NCBI RefSeq assembly: GCF_035084215.1
Contig: NC_090332.1
Span: forward strand, 36,022,001 to 36,086,000
Direction of reading: 5' to 3'
Length of the DNA: 64,000 nucleotides
From: Heptranchias perlo
Taxonomy: Eukaryota
In this document: piece by piece, positions 1 through 12,784 of the stretch
How the letters are laid out: each line of letters opens with the position of its first letter
How positions within the stretch are numbered: position 1 is the first letter of the stretch
Notes under the pieces: generated by a model
What the model saw: the letters and a program-made list of their open reading frames with translations, nothing else
The model's database searches: none
Told to the model about the DNA's origin: nothing
Translations under genes and position numbers: made by a program

Positions 1-773
1 GGAACAACAAGGAGGGGCAATATAAACTAAATGCTACAATTCTAAAGGAGGGGAAGGAACAGAGAGACCTGGGGGTATATGGGCACAGATCTTTGAAGGT
101 AGCAGGACAGGTTGAGAAAGCGGTTAAAAAAGCAAACGGGATCCTGGGCTTTATTAATAGAGGCACAGAGTACAAAAGCGAGGATGTTATGTTGAACCTT
201 TATAAAACACTGGTTCGGCCACAACTGGAATATTGTGTCCAATTCTGGGCACTGCACTTTAGGAAGGATGTGAAGGCCTTAGAGAGGATGCAGAAAAGAT
301 TTACTAGAATGGTTCCAGGGATGAGGGACTTCAATTACGTGGATAGACTGGAGGAGCTGGAGTTGTTCTCCTTAGAGCAGAGAAGGTTGAGAGGAGATTT
401 GAAAGAAGTGTTCAAAATCGTGATGATTTAGATAAAGTAAATAAAGAGAAACTGTTCCCGTTGATGGAATGGTTGAGAACTAGAGGACACAGATTTAAGG
501 TGATTAGCAAAAGAACCAAAGGCGACATGAGGAAAATCTTTTTTACGCAGCGTGGAGTTATGATCTGGAATGCACTGCCTGAAAGGGTGGTGGATGTAGA
601 TTGAATTGTGGCTTACAAAAAGGAATTTGATAAATATTTGAAGAGAAAAAAATTGCGGGGCTACGGGGAAAGAGGGGGGGAATGGGACTAAATGGATTGC
701 TCTTATAAAGAGCCAGCACAGGCTCGATGGGCCGAATGGTCTCCCTCTGTGCTGTAATGATTCTATGATTCTA
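1..773 (+). mobile_element. CR1-clade LINE, 3' portion (ORF2 C-terminus and 3' UTR), truncated by the window edge
   Basis: ORF 93-431 reads LYKTLVRPQLEYCVQFW...LEQRRLRGDL, the typical CR1 ORF2 C-terminus; ends in an ATGATTCTATGATTCTA microsatellite tail at about 757-773. Confidence 0.95.
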
Positions 774-2301
774 AAGGCAAGCTGCACCTCTTATTTGTAA
801 AAAAATAAGATTATGGTCCGCATGGAGTCTGAACAGAGATCAGATATCGCACAAGTAAAACACAGGTGCAGGTCCCATCCCTATGTTTAAAAACTGCTGA
901 GTTATGTTAAAACATTGAATAAAGGTTGCACACTACTAAATCCCACATCCTCCAATTTGCACGCTAGACCTCACCGATCTGCTGATCTGAGTTTGTACCA
1001 GGCTTGCGAGAGTGCATGCACCAAGGTTCTCTGATGATGCGCTAGAGACCTTGGTGCAAGATGTGGACAGAAGGAGGGGCATCCTATATCCGCGGTGGGG
1101 TGGGGGGTTGGGGCAACAGGACCTCCAGACATATGCTGAAGGGGCAGTGGGAGGCAATAGGGGACTAAGTCAATGCCAGGCGCATAGCACCATGAACATG
1201 GATGCAGTGCAGGAAGAAGTTCAATGCTTTGACATGAGTGGTCAAGGTGAGCGAGGCCAACTGTCAAGTGGCATCTCCTACCAACTGCACCTCTAGCCGC
1301 ATCCACTGCTCCACGCACTACACCCCCATCACCCACATACCAACAAACTCTTTCAATCAGTACTCAACTCTTCCAATCAGATGCTTCCTCTCACCCTCAC
1401 ACACTACCACAGTTGCAAGCTGCACGCCCACAACTCACAGGTCACACACACTGGCAGCTATTCAATCATGACAGGCACATCACCCAGACATCCTGCAGGA
1501 CACTCACCGACACACTTCTTGCTTTCTTGCAGGAGAAGGTGGTGCATAACTGGAGGCAGCAAGTGGCAGCAGCATATCGCTCCTCGAGCCTGTTCCACCC
1601 TTGAATCAGATCATGGTTGATCTGTGACCTCTAACTCCATATCCTGATTTAGCCCCAGATCCCTTACTACCCTTGGTTAACAAAAATCTATCAATCTCAG
1701 ATTTAAAATTAACAATTGAGCTAGCATCAACTGCCGTTCACAGAAGAATGTTCCAAACTTCTACCACCCTTTGCCTGTAGAAGCATTTCCTAGCTTCACT
1801 CCTGCAAGTCCTGGCTCTAAATGTTGGGCTATGTGCCTTAGTCCTAGTATTCAAGTGAAGGGGACCTCCTAAAACAGGTACGACTGCATCAGCAGCCAAA
1901 AGCAATAATCCATCAACTAACCTGCATGGTTCCTTTAAATAGCGCTGGTGCGAGGTCCTCCAGGCCATCTAAGACATGTTCAGGTATTCGTGGTGAAGAC
2001 AATGCGTTGAGTGGAGCGTCAAGTGCCAAAATGGTGTCTATCACTTTAAATCAGCATTGCACACTGATCTAACGCATATTGTCTCTACCTTACATGCTGC
2101 CGGTGTTCATTATCTGCGCGTGCTCAAAACCCTTTACCAAGATGGCGTCCAGCGCATGTAACGCTACAAGCATGCGCACGCCTCCCAAAGTTCCAAAATG
2201 ACATCAGGGGTGCGCGCACACGCTTCTAGCGTTATGTGCGATGGACGCCATCTTGGTGTAATGCCGAAACAATGGGTGCTACATAGCTGAATTTCTAGCC
2301 C
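774..2301 (+). mobile_element. Non-autonomous Harbinger derivative (Myb/SANT exon 1 plus captured antisense CR1 3' fragment), left end cut by the CR1
   Basis: APRFSDDALETLVQDVDRRRGILYP at 1012+ matches the Myb/SANT exon of the element at 18253; colinear with the 8341-10007 copy; right end GGGTGCTACATAGCTGAATTTCTAGCCC resembles the right end at about 22180-22206. Confidence 0.85.
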
Positions 2302-3700
2302 GGTGTGTTTTTTTACATTTTCTTTGAGAACTTTCATGTATTAGTTAAAAAATATTGGAGATGGGGAAAAAGCCTCTTTGACTGACAGTCAAAAATCATC
2401 CAATCGGGTAATGAAGAGTCTTTCCAATTGGCTGTGAGGATGGACAAGTCGGACGACTGATGAAACCGCCAGGAATACGTCCAACCATTGTTGGCAACCT
2501 TACTCCCGCCAAGCGTTAAAATCCAGGCTAAAATCCAGGATTAAGTCTTTGTTTTGAAAGTCAGCAGTCACACAGTACTGAAAGTTATTTTTTCACTAAC
2601 ATAAACCTCTATTTAGCACGGAAGATAATTACTCAAAGACAGCATTAACCTGGATTATAGGTCTGCACTCCTTTCTTCCTCTGTAGTCATTAAAATGTCA
2701 CACCTGTCTGAGATTCCTATAAACAGCACACATATAAAACAGACCCAGTTCTATCTTCAACACAGTTCTTTTTTAAAGTAAGCCAATTAAGTATTTTCTT
2801 CAAACAATAAGGTAGGCATCAAAAAATACATTGATTACCTAAGTACCAAGTAAAGAGGGGCCTACAGAGTCACTGTTTTCAACCATTGTTAAATTTGTTG
2901 AAAATGTATGTAAAATTTAAATAACTCCTAAAAAGATTTTTGTTTGTGAATTCCTTCACTTTGATGAACACTGACAACAGGGCCCCCCTATCAGAGACCT
3001 TATCATCATGTAAACTCAAATAAAATTTCAATCAGGTGAACTTATTGAAGTATATTATTTGTTGGTGAATTATTTGCCCCATACCTACAAACTATTACAA
3101 ATTTGACAGTCACAAAAACAAACATTATAGATGCACAGACAAAGATTTTGACCTTGTCAGTATCAGGGAGCATTTTCCCATTGAAGATCATGTTTAGGAC
3201 AAATGTTCAATTTTTTGTTATTGAGAAATCCAATTATTGTTTCTTTTAGATATGCTCTTTAATGTTACTTTTTGTTTTTAATACAGCTCTTTTAAATATC
3301 CCTCTAAGTCATTTGATAATGTCACTTAACATTGCCAATTCTGCCTTTCATAATAAATGAGTGTGCACATACCTAGTATGCCATCATTTTCCTATCATAC
3401 AAGTCTGAGGGAAATGTTTCCAGCATTCTCTAAATGAGCAATGTAATTAAATTCTCTACAAAACTGCAGCAGTTGGAAAAGTGAAAATAACAACAGCAAT
3501 CTGCTGTATTTCCTGGAATACTTATGTTCGAAGATAAATACTTGACAGTTCAGCTACACAATCAATTATTACTCTGCTTACAAGTGTAATATTTATAATA
3601 GTTTAAGTGGGATTTTAAAATTGCGATTTATTTACAGATTGTGACCTTGTAGATTCTAGTTTTTGTATCATTGTGTAACCATTTAGCCCATTGACTACAA

Positions 3701-3795
3701 TGGTAATTTCAACTTTCGGTGATGGTGTAAAACGGGCGATATCAGATCAGCTGCCCATTATTCACTAGGCCCAATTTCCTTTCCATTGAAGTCCC
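3701..3795 (+). mobile_element. Short (~100 bp) Harbinger-type mini-element or terminal fragment
   Basis: Shares TGTAAAAC...GCCC...TTTCCATTGA blocks with copies at about 15745-15839 (minus) and 32885-32985 (plus). Confidence 0.55.
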
Positions 3796-4026
3796 TTCCT
3801 CCATCCCAGCTCATATATACTGCCTCCTATCTTCCTGCATACCCTAGGTCTTAAAAAAGTAAAAGATACATATTTAGTACAATCAGCAGTGGAACATGTG
3901 TATGAGCAATACACAGACAATGGAATGAAACAGAAAAGAGAGGAAACAGAGAGAGTTAATCAGATACTATGAAAAAAAAGAGTTGGACAGAGTGATGCAG
4001 ACACCACTATAAGAAGCAATACAGCG

Positions 4027-4057
4027 CTCTCTCTCTCTATATATATATATATATCTC
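4027..4057. repeat. (CT)n(AT)n compound microsatellite
   Basis: ctctctctctctatatatatatatatatctct seen directly. Confidence 0.9.
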
Positions 4058-4402
4058 TGTGAGAGAGGGGATAAAAGGCAAAGACAGAATTTTAGAGAAA
4101 GAAGCAGAGAAATAGCTAGAGAAAGATTTTAATCCATGAGTAATATCCCACAGAGCGCAATTATATATGTTACATCCTGCAACACTCAGAATATAGCATT
4201 ACCAACTTAACACGAGCAGCAACATGGGAGATCCAGTAGTATAGATATCTAAAGATATTATATTTAGATGCATGACACTCCAGATATCACAGTTCACGCA
4301 TTACAGATGTAAAAGCCAGGCATTTTATCCTAGAGCTTGAACTTTACAAGTAATTTCCTGACCTCTAATTGACCTGAGGAGTTTACAAATATCTCCACTT
4401 AC

Positions 4403-4506
4403 CTGGATTCCCATAGGGTGTATTTCAACAATGTCCTTTAAAAAACAGGGCAGGCTAGCAACTTTAGGCCCCATATAACCCAAGAGCAACACCATGACAG
4501 ATTCAC
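4403..4506 (-). CDS. Possible host-gene exon (unassigned)
   Basis: Minus strand: ttttctaattactag acceptor, open frame ESVMVLLLGYMGPKVASLPCFLKDIVEIHPMGIQ, perfect CAG|GTAAGT donor at 4403/4402. An alternative acceptor at 4435 gives a 33-nt exon. No recognisable homology. Confidence 0.25.
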
Positions 4507-6208
4507 TAGTAATTAGAAAATGTATATGTGCTCTTCAATCACAAGAGAATGTTTGCAGTATTTGGGGCTCAAATTATTTTTTAGCTAAACCCCATTCCAG
4601 AGATTTCTAAATGGCAACCAAACTGCATGGCGTCCCACCATGTTGTTCCAAGATTCCCTGAATACCAAGTTCCCAGTCTCAATAAAACTATCAAGAGGAT
4701 GATGCATTGAGCACAAGGAATCAAGTTATTCTAGTTTGCTGTTGTGTATCTCGACCACAGATTGTTAAAAAATAATAATGGCAGAAAACTGGCAGCAGGT
4801 CACCTGTCCATCTAACTCATGATTAATGACATGTGAGATGGGAGAATCTGAAAAAGGAGAAAATAATAAAATGAAGGATGAAAATGAAAAAACAAGTAAT
4901 GGATAAAAACATCTGATCAGAGGTGAATCTGCTTCACAAGGCACGAACTTATAACAATTCTCGCTAACAGTTGAATAAAAAGTGCTTTCTTTGTGTTTTT
5001 TTTTAAATATGCCGTGAGTGAAGTGTTGTATCCATCACAGTGAGAGATATCAGTATTGCGAATGGAAAACCTTTCCATTTTTGTCACCCAGAGACAGCAT
5101 CAGCCACATCCCAGATAAAGCATAGCAAAACCAGTTGCAGAGTAAAAGTCCTTTCATTCTTTCCTAACAATGTGATTCTACCCTAACCACAGGGAAGCAC
5201 CCATTACTGCAACAGTATGAATGTTCTTTACTTCCCAGACCAGCCTTTCTGAGTGAGATTTGCATATCTAGTATTAATTGATGCCGTGTCATAGGCAGTT
5301 TGCCGCTATTGGCCTCCCCTCATTACAATCTGAGATAGAACAACCCAATCTCATTTTAGAAAGAACCTCATAACCAACAAAGAAAATGTACTTGTCTTCC
5401 AATCAGTCTAGAAGAAAAACAGATTAAGAAAAACAATGTTGAAACTACGTAGGTAATGATGCAATCCCATTTTCATTGCACCCATAACTCACCTAACTAA
5501 GTATGTGATTGTCCCTTAGTCATGGGTTACAATTGTATTCCAGTCACTAACCAAGTAAGCTCTGCTCATTTAAGATCTTGTCGATAACAGTGAGTACACC
5601 TGACAGTTCACTGTAGATTGTTCCCAAGGTAAAGAAAAAGCAAATAATGCTTTTGCTGGGGGTGGTTTTGTGAATACAGTTAAAAGAAGTCACGAGAGTA
5701 GAAATGTTTTGTGAATAGTAGATGACATTAATTATGCCAGTGAACAGGTATACACATTGCAACTTCATTTGCAGAATGTTTAAGATAATGAGGTTTCAAG
5801 AGCTGAAAACAGTTGGCTTATCTAGTGAAGAATTTTACGCTAAAGGTTGCCGTTATTTGAAGTTACTACAATCAGGAACATTATTTAACAAATTTCTGCT
5901 GCTATTCACACATTTCATAATTTTGTGTCTCACATGGGTATATTTTGTAATTGCTAAACATTAATTTTAAGAGATTAATTTCAAGCTAGTAATTTCTCTT
6001 TTTTTTAGAATTTACATTTTAAATTGATTTGCCAGTGTTTTTTTGGCATCATGCTCTAATCAGATATTTCGAGTAAGTTTGAGAGTGTGTGCTTCATATC
6101 AAACACATTTATTATGATTGCTTGTTCCCTGAATACTACCTCAGTGGAGTCACTTCCTACAGGCTGCAGTAATGGTACCATCTGGCATCTTCCCAAGTTC
6201 AGGGACTG

Positions 6209-6252
6209 CAGTGCCAATGTCACCAAGTAACATCTTGGTGACATTGGCACTG
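6209..6252. repeat. Perfect 19-bp inverted repeat with 6-nt spacer
   Basis: CAGTGCCAATGTCACCAAG-taacat-CTTGGTGACATTGGCACTG. Confidence 0.95.
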
Positions 6253-7399
6253 GTGAATATATTAATGGGTAAGTGCTTTTCTGAAAGGTCAGCTGCAAAC
6301 TAAACTCAGAAGTTGGTTAAATTGGAAAAGACTGGAAACTTAAATACTTTAAATTGCTGCTGAGAAACAAAACAGACATAAAGTGAAGAATGATAGCCAT
6401 TTTAAGAGGTTAAATGTTGCACCAACTATAGCCTGGAAATCACTCTGTGATATTATCATGTGAACGTTCAATGTTTTTATAAAATTCTTTTGTCCATTAT
6501 TTCAATGCTGGTGTTAGCCCATTTAAAATAAATGGATTAGCACCTCAGTTAAATTAGCAGACAGAGGAATGCTATCTGAACATGTTCATATAATATATTT
6601 CACAATATAATTTCTAGGCTTACGGGGTTTTACTTCTTCTGTGAACTATTTGGGTTAATGGCTACATTAAAATAGCACAAATGGGAAGTAAATGTGAACA
6701 TGTAAAAGCCCTATGCTAAACAAAGCGCAAAGACAAAATAAAATTCTTGGTAAATCCTTAGTTTCAATCATTGCTTTTCACATCTGAATATCATTGATGG
6801 CAAACTTAGACCTAGTAGGGAGATAAATTTCTCTCTCTCTGCTCCTGTTGTCAAGATCACTAGAAAATTCAGTGCTGGCAACCAAAGCTGCCAGTCAATT
6901 TGAATCTACAACACATAATGACCATGGGTGTGATTCATTGATCATTGTCAGTAATGTTATACTGAAGCACTATAAGAAGATAAAGGTCTCACTTTCTTCT
7001 CAAGGTCACAATAAGATTTGATGTTAACAGTATTCATTCCAACTTCTGGGCAATCATAATTCACAGCGTAAACTGCAAGAACAGCATAAAACATGCATGG
7101 ATGCAACACTTTCAGCTCTGATATCTGGACTGAGATTGAGGAGGATAGAAAAACATAAAGCTGGTGTAACAGTAATGTCAAGGAAGCTGTTAGTCATGTT
7201 ATTACTGCTCTTCACTATCTTACCTGACTTAGAAGTGGCATAATCTTTTCCCTTGTCTTTCCCAGTTGATCCCCCATATGCCGCCCCCCCCCACACCGTA
7301 TCTTTGCTACCTCAAGTTAAAGGGGTGCAGACGTGAGTGTATCTGACTCACAACTAGTTCAGTTATCCATTACTAGATGTGGTTGGACCATATCAACCG

Positions 7400-10300
7400 C
7401 TATTGAGCCTCACTCTTCTCTGCCGAAACTCACCGCTACTCGAGGATCATTCTGGAGGGCAAAGATAACATGTGTGTTTTATCTCTAACATCAACCATCT
7501 CCTTAAACCCCTGCATCTGCCCCATCCACCCTCACCTCCAACAACAAGTGAGAGGAGCTCATGGTCTTCTTTGTCGCTAAGATTGAGACCATTCAGCTCC
7601 CTCTGCTGCTTCTCTCCCTTCCCCTGGTCCATCAACCAAACCTCCCCCCACCCCCCCCAGGCTCCGACCAGCCGAGCCCCGAACCCATGTCTTTCTCTAG
7701 TTTGCCTCATCTCCTGCCAAGCCCTGTCCGAGCCCATCTTGTCCATGAGACCCATCTCCTAATCCCTAGACCCTATTTGCACTAAACTACTGACCACCCA
7801 ACTTCCCTTCCTGGCAGCCATGCTAGCTGACATTGTAAGTGGTTCCTCTCCTCAGGTTTTCACCCATCACTGCATTAAAACAGCTCTAACTAAAGTCACA
7901 AATCACATCCTCTGTGATTGTGACTGTCGAGCATTATCCACCCTCGTTCTCTTCCTCCTCGACCTCTCTTTAACGTGGCCGACTATACCATCCTACTCCA
8001 ATGCCTCTCCTCCGTTATCCCATGCTTGGTTCCACTTTTTACTTATCCAATTGTAGCCACAGCATTTCCAGCAATGATTTCTCTTTCTGCCTCCAACTGT
8101 TAACTGCAGAGTGCCCAAGGATTGATCCTGAGTCCCCTCCTCTTCCTCAACTACATGTTGCCCCTTGGTAACATCATCCTCAGACATAGAATCAGCTTTA
8201 ACAAGTACGCTAATGACACATAATGCACCATCTCTCTTGACCCCTCCACTGTCTCTGTGTTGTCTGACTGCTTGACAGAAATTTAGCCTTGGATGAGCTG
8301 AAATTTCCTCCAGTTAAACAATGGGAAGACTGAAGACATTGGGGGAAAAAAATTGGATAGGGGCTGTTTTTCGGCGTAGGTAGCGTGATATGCTAATACC
8401 ACACGCCCAACGACCCCTGCGCAGGCAGGACACAAGCTTGGGCCCACCCCAGGACTTACCTGCAACCAGCGTTCATTTCCAGGCCTTGCACGTGGAATCA
8501 ATGCAATTTGCACTTTCCACCACCAGAGGGAGCTCAATCTCTTAAAGGGAGGATGTTTCTTAGAAATCTCTTAAAGGTAGCTGGTACCTGTTATTTGCTG
8601 AAAATAATAGTCTACTGTCTGTACGGAGTCTGAACGAAAATCAGATATCGCACATGTAAAACACAGGTGCAGGTCCCATCCCTATGTTTACACACTGATG
8701 AGTTATGGTAAAACATTGAATAAAGGTTGCCCACTACCAAATCCCACATCCTCCAATCTGCATGCCAGACCTCACCAATCTGCCGATCTGAGTTGGTATC
8801 AGGCCTGCGAGAGTGCGTGCACCAAGGTTCTCTGCTGATGCACTACAGACCTTGGGTGCAAGAGGTGGACAGAAGGAGGGATGTCCTATAGCCGCAGAGG
8901 GGGCAAGAGGCCCTCCAGACATATACTCCAAAGGCAGTGGGAGGCAGCGGGGGACAAAGTCAATGCCAGGCGCACAGCATCATGAACATGGATGCAGCAC
9001 AAGAAAAACTTCAATGCTTTGACATGAGTGGTCAAGGTGAGTAAGGTCAACTGTCAAGTGGCGTCTCCTACCAACTGCACCGGGCACTACACCCCCATCC
9101 TCCACATACCAACAAACTCTTTCCATCAATACTCAACTCTTCCAACCAGATATTTCCTCTCACCCTTACACATTGCCACTGTTTCAAGCCGCCCATCCAC
9201 AAATCACAGGCCACATACATTGGTAGCTATTCAACCATGTCTGGCACATCACCCAGACACACGTCCCGCTTTCTTGCAGGAGAAGATGGCACATAACAAG
9301 AGGCAGCAAGTGGCAGTGGCATTTAGCCCATTGAGCCTGTTCCACTATTCAATGAGATCATGGTGGACCTGTGACCTAACTCCATATACCCGCCTTAGCC
9401 CCATATCCCATAATACCCTTGGTTCACAGAAATCTATCAACCTCAGATTTAACTTTCACAAAGTGAGCTAGCATCAACTGCCGTCTGCAGATGAGCGTTC
9501 CAAACGTCTCCCACCCTTTGCGTGTAGAAGCATTTCCTAACTTCACTCCTGCACATCCTGGCTCTAAATGTTAGGCTGTGTCCCTACGTCCTAGTATTCA
9601 AGTCTAGGAGACCTCCAAAAACAGTTACAAATGTTCGACAGCCAGAAGCAATAATCCAACCACTAACCTGTAAATCTTGCATGATCCCTTTAAATAGCAC
9701 TGGTGTGGGATCCTCCAGGCATTCTAAGACATGTTCAGATGGTCGGGGTTAAGACTGTGCATTGAGTTGAGCGTTAAGTCCCAAAATGGTGTCTATCACG
9801 TTAAATCAGTGTTGCACACTGATTGAGGCCATTTTCTCCCTACTTTATATGATTCCAGTGTGCGTTATCTGTGCCTGCCTATACCAAGATGGCGTCCGGC
9901 GCACGTCTCGCAGGAAATGTGTGTGCGCATCCAAGACACCATCTTGGATGTCAGAGAGGCAGCGTAGCGCCAAAACAATGGGCGCTACATGGCCCAGTTT
10001 AGCACCCAATGTCTTTAGCCCCCGCCACAAACTCCATACCCTTGCCACCAATTCTGTCCCTCTCCCCAGCCATTGTCTCAGGTTGAACCAAACTGTTCAC
10101 AATCTTGACATCCTATTCGACCCCAAGATGAGCTTCTGATCTCATCACAAAGACTGCCAATTTCCATTTCGGTAAAATCACCCACTTCCATCCCTGCCTT
10201 AATCCATCTGCTACTGAAACCCTCACCCTGAACTATTCCAATGCTCCCCTGACAAGTCTCCCATCCTCCACCCTCTGTAAACTTCAGCTCATCCAAAACT

Positions 10301-10760
10301 CTACTTCCCACACCAAATCCCGCACATCCATCACCTCTGTCCTTGCTGACCTATATTGGCTCCCAGTCCCCCATCAAGTCCAATATAAAATTTTCATTAT
10401 GGTGTCAAAATCCCTTCATGATATCGTCCCTTCCTACATCTGTAACCTCCTCCAGGCCCAACAACCCCCATGAATTCTCCACTTCTCTGACACTAGCCTT
10501 TTGTGCATTCCTCCTTCCCTTCACCCCACTATTGACGGCCATGCATTCAGCCACCCAAGCCCCACACTCTGGAATTCCCTGCCTAAACCCCTCCACTTCA
10601 TCTCCTTCCTGTTCTCTTTTAAGAACCTCCTTAAAACCCACCTCTTTTACCCAGCTTTTGGTCACCCATCTTATTATCTCTTTGGCCCATTGTCCATTTA
10701 TTTCTGATGTGAAGCCCCTTGAGATGCTTTAAAGGCTCAATATTAATGTAAATTATTGTG
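7400..10760 (+). mobile_element. Decayed L2-clade LINE 3' part, split by a Harbinger insertion at 8341-10007
   Basis: Degenerate RT motifs (TALTKVTN, LLDLS, gtgcccaagg...cccctcctcttc, tacgctaatgacac as a YADD remnant) and a later AFSHPSPTLWNSLP; the L2 sequence resumes directly after 10007. Confidence 0.8.
8341..10007 (+). mobile_element. Complete non-autonomous Harbinger derivative with captured CR1 fragment
   Basis: G-rich left end GGGGGAAAAAAATTGG and right end CCCAGTTTAGCACCC, flanked by ATT/AAT (imperfect 3-bp TSD); Myb exon RAPRFSADALQTL, intron, then an antisense CR1 3' piece at about 9320-9595. Confidence 0.85.
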
Positions 10761-11471
10761 GTTTGATATTGTTACAATAACACTACATGGCATTGTATAT
10801 TAAGTCAATTGAGATTTCATAAAATGGAAATTAAACCCAGAAACTAACATTAGGGTTATCATTAAATTGCTCCTTTTTCATATATTCCATGATGAGCTCT
10901 ACTCTTTCATGCTCCTCTGGTCTGATTCCTCTTAAATCACCAACTTGAATTTATAACCTTGATCTGCAGTATTCAGCCATAAGATAAGGCCCACAATTTA
11001 CAAGCTTTGTTACTTTTCTTCCTCGCATAGGCATAGTGGAACAATGCTAACAATTTAACTTTCAACAGTTATTTAACAACAGCCATGTGTTACAGTTATC
11101 ACGTGCCCACGTGTTCTAGATATCAAGTGCCCACGTGTAAGGTTTTTTGACTGATAAAAATTATTTTTGGAACTGGCTTTTAACTAATCAAAGGTCAGTG
11201 TTTGATGATGTAGGCCCCACCCGCAGAATGGGACCCCAGGGCAATGGAAAAAGTATGTTTAATCATTAAAATAAAACAGTTCGAAGAAAGTGAAAATATG
11301 GTATATTATTTAAAAGTAACATTAATCTAGTAAAAAAAGAAAAGAGAAAATAAGAAAAAAAAAGAAAGATGTAGAATCAAAGTGTGTTTTTTTATTTTAT
11401 TAATATCAGATTAATATCACAGTATTGAATCCGCAGCTTGGCATTCTTGACTTAATCTATCGTTATCTGCA

Positions 11472-12743
11472 AAAATGAGACTGCCTGGAATTGAAGGTAA
11501 CCTTTTGACTTGGGTTGGAAATTGGTTGGGAGGTAGGAAGCAGAGAGTGGGGATAAAGGGTAGGTACTCAGATTGGCAGTATGTAACAAGTGGTGTTCCC
11601 CAGGGATCTGTTCTGGGACCTCAACTTTTCACCATATTTATTAATGACTTGGATGAAGGAATAGAGAGTTGTATATCCACGTTTGCAGATGACACTAAAT
11701 TGGGAGGGGGAGTAAGTAGTGCAGATGGGAGTAGGAAGCTGCAAAGGGTCATAGAGAGATTAAGTGAGTGGGCAATACGATGGCAGATGATGGTCATCCA
11801 CTTTGGACCTAAGAAAGATAAAGCAGAGTATTTTCTAAATGGTGAGAAACTAGGAACTGTAGTGGAGCAAAAAGATTTGGGAGTCCAAGTACATAAATCA
11901 TTTAAAGCTAGTAGACAGGTATAAAAAGCAATCAAAAAGGCTAATGGAATGTTGGCCTTTATCTCAAGGGGGCTGGAATACAAAAGGCTGGAAGTTATGC
12001 TTCAGTTGTATAGAGCCTTGGTCATAGTGGAATAGTGCATTCAGTTTTGGGCACTGCATCTCAGGAAGGATATATTGGCCTTGGAGGGAGTGTAGTGCAG
12101 ATTCACTGGCAGTTAGAGAGTTAAATTATGAGGACAGGTTTCATAAACTTGGCTTGTATTCCCTTGAGTATAGAAGATTGAGGGGTGATCTGATTGAGGT
12201 GTTTAAAATGTTAAAAGGATTCGATAGGATAGATACAGAGAAACTATTTCCTCTGGTGGGGGAATCAAGAACAAGGGGATATAATCTTAAAATTAGAGCT
12301 AGGCCATTTATGTTCCTATCTCAATTGTTAATTTTAAAGCTGAGATTGATAGATTTTTGTTAACCAAAGTTAATTAGGGATATGTGGCTAAGACAGATAT
12401 ATGGAGTTAGGTAATAGATCAGCCATGATCCCATTGAATGATGGAATAGGCTTGAGAGGCTAAATAGCCTACTCTTGTTCCTTTCTTTCTATGTTCCTAG
12501 GAGGGAAATCAGGAAGCTCAAAGGGTTGTGGAAATCTGGAATTCTCTGCCCTACAACGCTGTGGATGGTGGGACAATTGGAGCTTTCAAGATTAAGATCT
12601 ATAGATTTTTGTTAGGTAAGGATATCAAGGGAAATGGAGCTGAGGCGGATGAATGGATTTGAGGTACAGATCGGCCATGATCTAATAAAATGGTGGAGCA
12701 AGCTCGAGGGGCAGAATGGCCTATACCTATTCCTATGTTCCTA
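11472..12743 (+). mobile_element. CR1 LINE 3' fragment containing a second short CR1 3' end at about 12311-12499
   Basis: RT motifs [11 protein letters not shown] and FADD in ORF 11475-11924; two TATGTTCCTA tails (12499, 12743); the outer sequence ccattta|ggagggaaatc is interrupted by the inner piece. Confidence 0.9.
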
Positions 12744-12784
12744 AGATGATTTGTTTCACCCGGAGAGCAAGATGTCCAAGGATC

